A DNA stretch of 64,000 nt from Eledone cirrhosa (lineage: Eukaryota), in the NCBI GenBank assembly GCA_964016885.1, contig OZ024741.1, positions 19,034,001-19,098,000 on the forward strand, read 5' to 3'. A model generated the notes under the pieces. The model was given only the letters and a program-made list of their open reading frames with translations, did no database searches and was not told the DNA's origin. A program made the translations under genes and the position numbers. Each line of letters starts with the position of its first letter. Within the stretch, counting starts at the first letter, position 1. Positions 52,742 to 64,000 of the stretch are shown here, in pieces.

Positions 52742-53209
52742 TTATACAGTATCTTTCATTAGAAATATGGCAGTGAAAGTGTTAGGGTGGCAGGCAATGG
52801 TGTGCCAAGGGTGTTGGCTGATGAAGAAACACTGGCAGTAAGCCTGTTTGAACCTGTCACATATATTAGGCAATATTCCAACAACCACTCAACCATCTCA
52901 CTCACATACCACTCCCATATATCACAACTAACAAATCTTTAATATCTTTTGCAGTAGATTACTTTGTCTTGTTGTTTCATTGATTTTATTTTCTATAACG
53001 CTCAGGAGAATTTTTGGTAGGGGTGGCGGGGGTGTTTAAATATATATTTCGATTCTTTCCTTCGACTTTTGTAGCCATTGATTGTGTTGGTTCTGTGGTT
53101 CATATGACTGGAGAGAGAGAGGGAGATGGAGAGACAGAACGATAGACAGAGAGAGAGTTTCCGTTAAGTGATTACTTACAACAGGAAAAGAGGAAAGCAC
53201 ATTGGGGCT

Positions 53210-53249
53210 GCCATCATCATCATTGTCTGTATCATCATCATTATCACCT

Positions 53250-53280
<31 letters not shown>

Positions 53281-54997
53281 CCACCATCATTATCTTCTCT
53301 ATCACCCCCATCGTCATCACCATCATCTCCATCATCACTATCTCCATCATTATATCATCACTGTCTCCATCATCTCCATCATCATCACTGTCTCCATCAT
53401 CTCCATCATCATCACTGTCTCTATCACCATCAGCATCATCACCATCTCCATCATCATCACTGTCTCTATCACCATCAGCATCATCTCCATCATCATCTCC
53501 ATCACCATCATCTCCATCATCATCTCTATCATCACTATCTCCATCATTATGTCACCACCATCACCACCACCACCTCCATCACTACTACAACCAACTCTAC
53601 CATCAATATCACAATCATCATCTTCATCAATATCATCATTATCATCCTCTCGGAGGGTAATGGTGGTGATGATGGTGGTGGTGGTGGTGGTGGTGGTAGT
53701 TGTGATGGTGGTGGTGGTGGTGGTGGTAGTTGTGATGGTGGTGGTGGTGGTAGTTGTGATGGTGGTGGTGGTGGTAGTTGTGATGGTGGTGGTGGTGGTG
53801 GTGGTGGTAGTTGTGATGGTGGTGGTGGTGGTAGTTGTGATGGTGGTGGTGGTGGTAGTTGTGAAGTTGTGATGGTGGTGGTGGTAGTTGTGATGGTGGT
53901 GGTGGTGGTGGTAGTTGTGGTGGTGGTGGTGGTGGTGGTAGTTGTGATGATGATGGTGGTGAGGGTGGTAGTGGTGATGGTGGTAGTGGTTATAGTGATG
54001 GCTATGGTGGTGATGGTGGTAGTTGTGATGGTGGTGGTGGTTGTTATAGTGATGGCTGTGGTGGTGGTGATGATAATAGTGATATGGTGGTAGTGGTGTG
54101 GCAGCAGCAATAGGGGTTATAGTGATGATGATGGTAGTGATGAGTTGGGTGCTATTGCTTCCCCCATTGCTACTTTCACCACCACCACCATCTTCCTCTC
54201 CACCACCATCTTCCTCTCCACCACCACCTTCCTCTCCACCACCTTCATCTCCACCACCACCACCTTCCTCTCCACCCCCACCACCTTCCTCTCCACCACC
54301 ATCACCTTCTTCGCCACCACCGTCACCTTCCTCTCCACCACCACCACCTTCCTCTCCACCACCACCACCTCTCCTCCACTACCACCTTCCTCCACTACCA
54401 CCTTCCTCTCCTCCACCACCACCTTCCTCTCCTCCACCACCTTCCTTTCCACCACCACCACCTTCTCTACCACCACCACCTTCCTCTCTTCCACCACCAC
54501 CTTCCTCTCTTCCACCACCACCTTCCTCTCTTCCACCACCACCTTGCTCTCCACACCACCTTGCTCTCCTCCACCACCTTGCTCTCCTCCACCACCTTGC
54601 TCTCCTCCACCACCTTCCTCTCCACACCACCTTGCTCTCCTCCACCACCATCACCTTCCTCTCCACCACCACCATCACCTTCCTCTCCACCACCATCACC
54701 CTCCCCCCTCTATCTCTCGCCATGTTCTTTAGTTTCTAATCAATATATTCAATGTGTGCCACCACTCCTATTTCTCTTGTCTCCACCACCACAACCTTTC
54801 CTACACCACCACCACAACCTTTCATACACCACCACAACCTTTCCTACACCACCACCACAACCTTTCATACACCACCACCACCACAACCTTTCCTACACCA
54901 CCACCACCACAACCTTTCCTACACCACCACCACCACCACAACCTTTCCTAGCCGTCATCACAATCACCTTTCCTATGCCACCACCACCATCACCACT
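53210..54997. repeat. Compound (CAT)n/(GGT)n/(CCA)n low-complexity tract
   Basis: Direct inspection. Confidence 0.9.
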
Positions 54998-55179
54998 AAA
55001 GACAGCTGTGCTGCACATGGGGCCATTATTGAATAGAATGTAGCATTGATGGGGTTGGGGGAGAAGTGGTTGGTGATTGAAGACAAGATAAAGTAGAGAG
55101 GATAAAGTGGTTGACATTGAAATGGACAGAGGTAGAGTAGAGAGAACAACTCTTCAGCAATGTTGAAGACATGAAACGC

Positions 55180-56437
55180 CCACAAAATTATTAACCATCT
55201 TGCCAACAACAACCCTGAGTACCTTTTTGATTTCCATGTGTCTAACACACGTGGGCATGCCAACAGAGTCAGAAAACAGCACAGCTCCCATGACTTTCGG
55301 AAACATTTTTTCACGCTCAGAGTTGCTGAAGCATGGAACAAACTCCCTGCATCAGTTATTAGCTGTCGAGACACTGCATCCTTTAAAACTTCCATGGAAC
55401 AAACTACCTGCATCAGTTGTTAGCTGTCGAGACACTGCATCCTTTAAAACTTCCATGGAACAAACTACCTCCATCAGTTGTTAGCTGTTGAGACACTTCA
55501 TCCATTAAAGCCTCCATGGAATAAACTACCTCCATCAGTTGTTAGCTGTCAAAACACTGCATCCTTTAAAACCTCCATGGAACAAACTACCTGGATCAGT
55601 TATTAGCTGTCGAGACACTGCATCCTTTAAAACCTCCATGGAACAAACTACCTGCATCAGTTGTTAGCTGTCAAAACACTGCATCCTTTAAAACCTCCAT
55701 GGAACAAACTACCTGCATCAGTTGTTAGCTGTCGAGACACTGCATCCTTTAAAACCTCCATGGAACAAACTACCTGCATCAGTTGTTAGCTGTCAAAACA
55801 CTGCATCCTTTAAAACCTCCATGGAACAAACTACCTGCATCAGTTGTTAGCTGTCGAGACACTGCATCCTTTAAAACCTCCATGGAACAAACTACCTGCA
55901 TCAGTTGTTAGCTGTCAAAACACTGCATCCTTTAAAACCTCCATGGAACAAACTACCTGCATCAGTTATTAGCTGTCAAGACGCTGCATCCTTTAAAATC
56001 TCCATGGAACAAACTACGTCCATCAGTTGTTAGCTGTCGAGACACTGCATCCTTTAAAACCTCCATGGAACAAACTACGTCCTTCAGTTGTTAGCTGTCG
56101 AGACACTGCATCCTTTAAAACCACCATGGAACAAACTACATCCATCAGTTGTTAGCTGTCGAGACACTGCATCCTTTAAAACCACCATGGAACAAACTAC
56201 CTGCAACAGTTGTTAGCTGTCGAGACACTGCATCCTTTAAAACCACCATGCTTCCTGAGATTCGCCAACACTACACCTAATACTCTCCCCTCCATACAGA
56301 CGTACACATGTATATCATGACTCTTACACTGTTCACTTGCCTGATATTTGTACATTATTCTATGTACTATACATGCACCTTTGATGAGTTGTAGTGCACC
56401 TGAGCACTGTACACAATAATTTCATTATTATTATTAT
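55180..56437 (+). mobile_element. CR1/L2-like LINE 3' end with a 61-bp x15 array (55332-56250)
   Basis: NTRGHANRVRK...RKHFFTLRVAEAWNKLP...SFK, with (ATT)n tail. Confidence 0.85.
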
Positions 56438-58137
56438 AACAACCTCCTTACTGCTAGTGCTAAGTTAAAGTGGACCCTGTATACTCTGTAAAGTGAATAG
56501 TGGCAGAAAGGGCAACCAGCCATAAAACCCATGCCAAAAATAGAATGTTGGTAAGATGTTGTTCTATGAAGGTAATAACTCTGAATTTCAATTGACCTGG
56601 ACCAGAGGTGGGGGAACATTTTCGTGTTGAAAGGCCACATTATGTTACTTGTAATATAATAAGGATGCATTCAAGAAACCATAATTATGTAACCTTAAAA
56701 TCTACATTATTTTGTAAAAAATCTAATTACTATCTACTAATTATCTAAAAAATGAAAAAAAAAATTAATTTTCAAGCTAACAACCTTTTAATGACTTTGT
56801 TGTAGGAAAGTATTTTGATATTTCGTTGCAACATGGAAGCCCTTTTGATCTGCTAATTTTTTAATTTTGGCTGTCTATCGGTGTGGATTATTTCATTCAG
56901 TTTTATTTACTCTTTCGTATTTAAAATATGTTCATCTTATGGTTTAAATTAAAATTATAAGAGATAGAAAAAAACATATTGATAAAAATTTTTAATTTGT
57001 TGGAAATCTTTTATTTTTTCAAAAGACTGCACAGAATGGCATAGTAGGCCACATATGGCCTTAAGGTCACAGGTTCCCCTTCTTTGACCTGGACTGGGAC
57101 AACCATCCAACCCATGCCAATATGGAAATCTCTTCTGAGTTGAAATGTCCACATGGACTACTTTGACTTAGGTCTTTCAGGGGTCATTACCTAGAAATCA
57201 ATAAGGTTTCTTTTTTATTTATTTTATATTCTAGTTGTGTATGTGTGGATGTCTGTTTGTGTGTGTATGTGTTTATCTCTGTCACTATGATTGTATGTAT
57301 CTGTGTATGTGTATATGTCTGTATCTGTGTGTGTGTGTGTATATATCTTTGCCTATGTTTCTCTATATGACTGACTTTATACACATGTGTCTATGTATAA
57401 TCTGTATGTTTATGTCTATCTATGTCTGTCTGTGTGTGTGTGAAACAATGTCTGTATGTATATGTCTGTGTATCTGTGTGTGTGTGTGTATCTTTTGTAC
57501 ATGTGTGCGTATGTTTTTGTCTGTGTTTTTGCTTTTTTTGTATGTATGTGTGTGTATCTGTAAGCACATGTATCTGTGTGTGTATGTTTGTGCCTGTGTG
57601 TTTGCAATTTTCTGTATGTATGCACACATATCTCTCTGTGTATCTGTGTGTGTGTGTGTGTACATGTATGCTAATGTGTTTACTGTGTCAGTATGAAAGC
57701 AGGGCCTCCTGTGTAGTGGCTGTAGTTAATTCCAGAGATCCAGGGAGCCTCCCACATATGACACATTGTTAAACATCAGATCTCTAGTGGCTCGTTAATT
57801 AAAGGTATGAGTTAAACCACCGTCAAAGGTATGCTTGGATGACTCCTCTAGACGCCCCCTTCCCACACATCTTCTGTTCCACTCTTCTCCAACTTTTTGT
57901 TTGTTTATTTGCCTATCTGTCTGTCTAACTCTCTATCGGTAGAGCGTCAGACACTATGTTGTAGCATAGAGTTATAGCCCTTTGCGTTCTGAGTCCAAAT
58001 TCCACCAAGGTAAGCTTTGTCTTTCATCCTTATAAGTTCGATAAAATAAAGTACCAGTAATGCACTGGGGTAATTGCTGGCCTTGTGCCAAAAATAAAAA
58101 CATTACTAATAGAGAAACATATCCATCTATCTATCTA

Positions 58138-59051
58138 GGCGCCTGGCACATTGAATGCGCTCAGGCGCTCACAGTCCTCTGTCAAGTGGGTACGGCAATC
58201 AGTGCAGACTCCACTTCGACATTCTATAGAGGGTTAGTACATTACAAGTGCGACGAAGTGCTTGGAGAGACTCTGGGCGTCAAAGACGACGAGCTCACCA
58301 GTCTGTTCAGTAGGACTTTCCACCCGGCACCCATGGACAACTTCCAGAGGTCCCTGGCCTGGCAGTGCTACTGAGGAACTCTACCAGTTCGATCCAAGAG
58401 GACGTGTCCAGGATGTGAGCAGGACATTGAAGCCATCTTGCACGCAATTGTACGCTGCCCGGGCGTAACCGACTTGTGAACCAACGCAGAACAACTGCTG
58501 TCGCGTATGGGACAAATCCATTTGACTGCTGAGTCCATAGTAAGGATCAAACCGCCAACCTCCTTCAAAAACGAAAGAGAGGCGGTTTTCCTCTGTATAG
58601 TGGCTATGGTGAAAGAAGTTATATGGTGGACGAGATTGAGAGGACTGAGGACAGATGCCTTTCTCTCCGGACAACAACTCATTCCCTTCTTTAGGTACCA
58701 CTTTAGAAGGAGAATCAGTGGAGAGAGAGGCACTGCACCCCAGTAAATTTACTGAAAGGTGGGTGAATGTGGCAAAAATGGCCCTAGTGATTGGGCCTTC
58801 TCTGTTTATAAACCTGTAGATTGAAGAAGAGAGCAAAAGGAAGAAGGGAGGACTTACACAACACGTTCCTGAAGTTGAGGGTTATTCTATCTACGAGGTA
58901 TTAAACAACCCATTTGTGGTGCCTCCCCCCTATTGGGGATTTCGATTGTTATAATTGTTTGTTTTAATTTTTACACGATTGTATGTAAAATCCCTGGCAT
59001 GTGTCTCTGGTTTGTCTCCTTTTCTTGTGCACCCTTGTGGCAAATAAAGAA
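58138..59051 (+). mobile_element. Tx1-clade LINE 3' fragment A (degenerate)
   Basis: MDNFQRSLAWQCY...EVIWWTRL; ends aataaagaa followed by (CTAT)n. Confidence 0.8.
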
Positions 59052-59351
59052 ATCAATCTGTCTATCACTATCTGTCTATCACTATCTATCTATCACTATC
59101 TATCTATCTATCTATCTATCACTATCTGTCTATCACTATCTATCTATCACTATCTATCTATCTATCTATCTATTTGTACTTGTCCCCTTCTTTTGTGCCC
59201 CTGTGGCTAATAAAGAAATATATCTATCTATCTATCACTATCTATCTATCTATCACTATCTATCTATCACTATCTATCTATCACTATCTATCTATCACTA
59301 TCTATCTATCACTATCTATCTATCACTATCTATCTATCTATCTATTTATCT

Positions 59352-60180
59352 ACTGGCCAGCCTGTTCGGTAGGACATTCAGCCCGGGACCTATGGACAAC
59401 TTCCAGAAGTCCCTGGCCTGGCAGTGCTACCGAGGGGCTCTACCCGTTCGAGAAAAGCTCTACAGACACGGGCGCCCGGGTAGAGACCCCGCCAAAAAGA
59501 TCTGTCCCAGATGCGTGTGCGACGAGGAAACCGTTGCACACGCATTGGTACACTGCTCGGGTGTAGCCGATCTGTGGGGCTATGTCAAACAACTGCTGTC
59601 AAGGGTGGCACCGATCCGGTTGACCACCGAGTCTATTGTAATGATCAAGCCGCCTCCCCCCTTCAAAGATGAAGCAGAGGCGGTGTTTCTGTGCGTAATA
59701 GCCATGGTGAAAGAAGTTGTATGGTGGACGCGTCTGAAAGGACTGAGGTCAGGCACCTTTCTCTCTGGCCAACAACTGGTCCGTTTCTTCCGATATCATT
59801 TCGGAAGAAGGATCAGGATGGAGAGAGAGGTGCTGCACCCCAGTCGTTTTTATGAAAGGTGGGTGAAAGTGGCGAGAATGGCCCGTGTGAATGGGCCTTC
59901 TCTTTACATAAGCCTGTAGGTGGAAAAGAGGAAGGAACGAGGGAGCATCCCCTCTCTGTGCTCCTGAGGAAAAGGGTTGCACACTTTTTTCGGGGGTGTG
60001 TGCGACCCCCCAAGGCGCCTCCTCTCTATTGAGGATTTTGTTATAAATTTTATTTTTTGTTATATTTTATTTTATTTTTATACATTGTTATTGCCTCCTC
60101 CTTTTTGAGGACGCCTTTTTGTGTAAACTCCCCCCTTTGTACTTGTCCCACTTTTGATGCCCTGGTGGCAAATAAAAGAA
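59352..60180 (+). mobile_element. Tx1-clade LINE 3' fragment B
   Basis: C-terminal zinc motif ICPRCVCDEETVAHALVHC; flanked by (CTAT)n. Confidence 0.85.
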
Positions 60181-60340
60181 ACATATCTATTTATCTATCT
60201 ATCTATCACTATCTATCTATCACTATCTATCTATCTATCTATCACTATCTATCTATCACTATCTATCTATCTATCTATCTATCACTATCTATCTATCACT
60301 ATCTATCTATCACTATCTATCTATCACTATCTATCTATCT

Positions 60341-61832
60341 ATGGACAGACCTACATAAACATTTCGGTTGAGGGTAGGCGGTCCGCATGTTACCACTGCG
60401 CAAGCAGAGGTCACCTAAGGGCTGCTTGTCCTCAATTGACAAAAAAAAACCCACTTTTACCAACACCACGGCCAAGGTGTTTGCACTCACCCAGAAGTGG
60501 GCCGAGTGCAAACTATCCTTGAAAGGTCGAGCGGAGGTGGCGAACACTTTTATAGCGTCCGCCATCTACTACCGCTTGACCGTCGTGCCTTGTCCAGCCA
60601 AAACGCTCGCCAAAATGGAGCGCGCCCTCTTCCGATTCCTTTGGAAGAGGCGGGCTCCTTTGGTAAGAAGATCCATCTGCTGCCAACACCCTTCTAACAG
60701 AGGGCTGGGGATGCCGTGGTTGACGATGCGCAAACACGCGCTCAGGCTGCGGCATCTCTACGTATTCCTCACCGGACAACCGGTGTGGGCCCCGTTCGTG
60801 AGGCGAGCCTTCCCACGACTCGTCTCACTGACCGAGCTGCAGTCCTGGGTCAAGCAGAGACCGAGGAAAATGGGCGACTGGCACATCGAATGTGCTCAGG
60901 CGCTCACAGCCCTCTGGCAGGCGGACCCGGCGATCAGTGGAGACTCCACTTCGTCATTCTATAGAGGGTTGGTCCGCAGCAAGTGCGACGACGCGCTCGG
61001 TGAAACTCTAGGCGTGGAGGAAGATGAACTGGCCAGTCTGTTCGGTAGGAGCTTCCGCCCGGGACCGATGGACAACTTCCAAAAGTCCCTGGCCTGGCAG
61101 TGCTACCGAGGAGCTCTACCAGTTCGAGACAAGCTCTACAGACATGGGCGCCCGGGCAGGGACCCTGCAAAAAAGATCTGTCCGAGGTGCGTGCGAGACG
61201 AAGAAACCGTCGCGCACGCATTCATACACTGCCTGGGCGTCACTGACCTGTGGGGATATGTAGAACGACTATTGTCGCGGGTGGGACCAATCCAGTTGAC
61301 CACCGAGTCCATTGTCATGATCAAACCGCCACCCTCCTTCAAAAACGAAGGAGAGGCGGTTTTCCTTTGTGTGATAGCTATGGCGAAAGAGGTTGTATGG
61401 TGGACAAGGTTGAAAGGGCTGAGGTCAGACACCTTTCTCTCCGGCCAACAACTGATTCTTTTTTTCAAATACCACTTTGGAAGAAGAATCAGGATGGAGA
61501 GAGAGGTGCTGTACCCCAGCAAGTTTTATGAAAGGTGGGTGAAAGTGGCGAGAATGGCCCGAGTGAATGGGCCTTCTCTCTATATCAGCCTGTAGATTGA
61601 GGAAAAGGAGGAGGAGAGGAAAGGAGTACAAGCTCTTCGTACTCCTGGAGATGAGGGTTGCACATTTTTTTCGGGGGTATGTGTTACCCATATAAACTGT
61701 CTCCCTCTATTGGGGAAAATCGACTAACTTTTAAATACCATCTGTGATAACATTTTACACGTTTTTATTGTATGTAAACTTCCCCCTTTGTATTTGTCCC
61801 CTTCTTTTGTGCCCCTGTGGCTAATAAAGAAA
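60341..61832 (+). mobile_element. Tx1-clade LINE copy C: ORF1 zinc-knuckle piece fused to the ORF2 C-terminus
   Basis: CYHCASRGHLRAAC, then LSLKGR...FRFLW...GLGMP...CPRC..EETVAHAFIHC. Confidence 0.85.
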
Positions 61833-61983
61833 TATATCTATCTATCACTATCTATCTATCTATCTATCTATCTATCACTATCTATCACTATCTATCTATC
61901 ACTATCTATCTATCTATCTATCTATCACTATCTATCTATCACTATCTATCTATCACTATCTATCTATCACTATCTATCTATCT

Positions 61984-62300
61984 ATGGACAGACCTACATA
62001 AACATTTCGGTTGAGGGTAGGCGGTCCGCATGTTACCACTGCGCAAGCAGAGGTCACCTAAGGGCTGCTTGTCCTCAATTGACAAAAAAAAACCCACTTT
62101 TACCAACACCACAAATGACAACACAACCACCACCACCACGACAACAAGAAAAAACAACAGAGAACACTATTCCACCCAACCCCTCCCCACCCAAAACAAA
62201 TACAAAAACACACACAGACACTACAGAACCCCAAAACATACCCCTACCCATCAACACGGATGAGGAACCCCTATCGAGGGCACCCAGCGGCGATGAGGAC
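61984..62300 (+). mobile_element. Tx1 ORF1 fragment D
   Basis: First 130 bp or so identical to copy C, then continues in a Pro/Thr-rich ORF1 linker. Confidence 0.75.
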
Positions 62301-62358
62301 TATCTATCTATCTATCTATCTATCACTATCTATCACTATCTATCTATCTATCTATCTA

Positions 62359-64000
62359 TTCGTCACTGAACAACCGGTGTGGGCCCCGTTCGTGAGGCGA
62401 GCCTTCCCACGACTCGCCTCGTTGACCGAGCTGCAGTCAGAAGCAAAATACCTGCTCTGGGTAACGAGGGAGCCAAAGCTGTTAGCTGGGTCCGGGTGAC
62501 GGAGGCGAAAAGTGGCAACAAGTCAACGATTTGGTCTTTGAAGAACCAAGACGCACGCGTGATACGAGAGCCGAAGCAGATGTGCGCAGCCTTTCAGCGG
62601 CACTTTGCTCAACTGTTCGGGCAGGGTGGCGCGCCGGGAGGGCTGTCAAAAACCTGGTGGGAGAAGCGCAGACATGCGCAATCCCGACCAGGTCCAAACA
62701 CGACAACCTCCACCTCATGTGATACATCGTAGAGAGGGTAGGGTGTAAACCCGGCTTCGGTGGGGCCCTGATCAACTTGGATCAGTCTAAGGCTTTTGAT
62801 AGGGTTGACCATCATTACCTGGATGCGGTGCTCGAGGCGGCAGGCTTTGGACTCATGTTTAGGGGCTGGATTGCTGCAATGCACAACATCTGCTCAAGGG
62901 TCAAGGTGAATGGCTACCTCTTGGAGCCATTCCATATCATGCGATCCATCCGACAGGGATGCCCTCTCTCCTCCCTTCTGTACGTACTGACTCTTGAGCC
63001 ACTACTGCGGAAGTTGGAGCTATTGCAGGGCATCTAGAACCGGGACTGCAGAAAGCGGCGTCGGCCTACGCTGACGACGTCACAGCAAAGGTGTAGAGCA
63101 CCTCGCAAATCGAGGAAGTCGGCACCTTAGTGAAGGAATACACCAAAATCGAGCGCGCGCTCTTCCAATTCCTTTGGAAGAAGCGGGCTCCTTTGGTGAG
63201 AAGATCCATCTGCTGCCAACACCCTTCCAACAGAGGGCTGGGGATGCCGTGGCTGACGATGCGCAAACACGCGCTCGGGCTGCGGCATCGCTACGTATTC
63301 CTCACCGGACAACCGGTGTGGGCCCCGTTCGTGAGGCGAGCCTTCCCACGACTCCTCTCGCTGACCGAGCTGCAGTCCTGGGTCAAGCAAAGACCGAGGA
63401 AAATTGGCAACTGGCACATCAAATATGCTCAGGCGCTCACAGACCTCTGGCAGGTGGACCCGGTGATCAGTGGAGACACCACTTCATCAGTCTATAGAGG
63501 GTTGATCCGCAGCAAGTGCAACGACGCGCTCGGAGAAACTCTAGGCGTAGAGGAAGACGAACTGGCCAGTCTGTTTGGGAGGACCTTCCGCCCGGGACCG
63601 ATGGACAACTTCCAAAAGTCCCTGGCCTGGCAGTCCTACCGAGAAGCTCTACAGACATGGGTGCCCGTGCAAGGACCCTTCGAAAAAGATCTGTCCGTGA
63701 TGCGTGCGAGACGAAGAAACCATCGCGCACGCATTCATACACTGCCCGGGCATTACCGACCTGTGGGGCTATGTAGAACGACTATTGTCGCGGGTGGAAC
63801 CAATCCGGTTAACCACCTAGTCCATTATCATGATTAAGCCGCCACCCTCCTTCACAAACGAAGGAGAGGCGGTTTTCCTTTGTGTGATAGCTATGGCGAA
63901 AGAGGTTGTATGGTGGATAAGCTTAAAACGGCTGAGGTCAGACACCTTTCTCTCTGGCCAACAACTGATTCTTTTTTTCAAATACCACTTTGGAAGAAGA
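62359..64000 (+). mobile_element. Tx1 copy E, internally deleted mosaic including the RT core
   Basis: LDQSKAFDRV, RQGCPLS and YADDV, with stops and frameshifts; runs off the window. Confidence 0.85.

Noticed and set aside
53036-55117. Poly-Pro/His/Val (extensin-like) ORFs
   Set aside because: Trinucleotide low-complexity DNA open in all frames, with no convincing splice context.

Overview
AT-rich, microsatellite-dense animal genomic DNA. The repeat content resembles an octopus or other coleoid cephalopod (inference). It is mostly intron of a + strand unconventional myosin V-like gene: four phase-compatible medial-tail exons at 4573-4665, 7080-7226, 8055-8175 and 13230-13416, and I saw no further canonical exon. 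A 1.1 kb ORF at 34434-35540 has phase-2 splice sites and ends in a motif that parallels the end of the 13230 exon, so it may be an unrecognised cassette or alternative first exon. The introns hold three young RTE LINEs in +/-/+ orientation, each with a PHD finger inserted in the RT, plus tRNA-derived SINEs, MITEs, several minisatellites and a 5.5 kb 9-bp satellite. There is also a head-to-tail stack of Tx1-type LINE pieces in (CTAT)n repeats. The ORF track misses a dispersed set of about 9 type I hammerhead ribozyme motifs (intact or degenerate) plus half-motifs, mostly in (TA)n-flanked fold-back Penelope-like remnants; several are sense to the myosin pre-mRNA.
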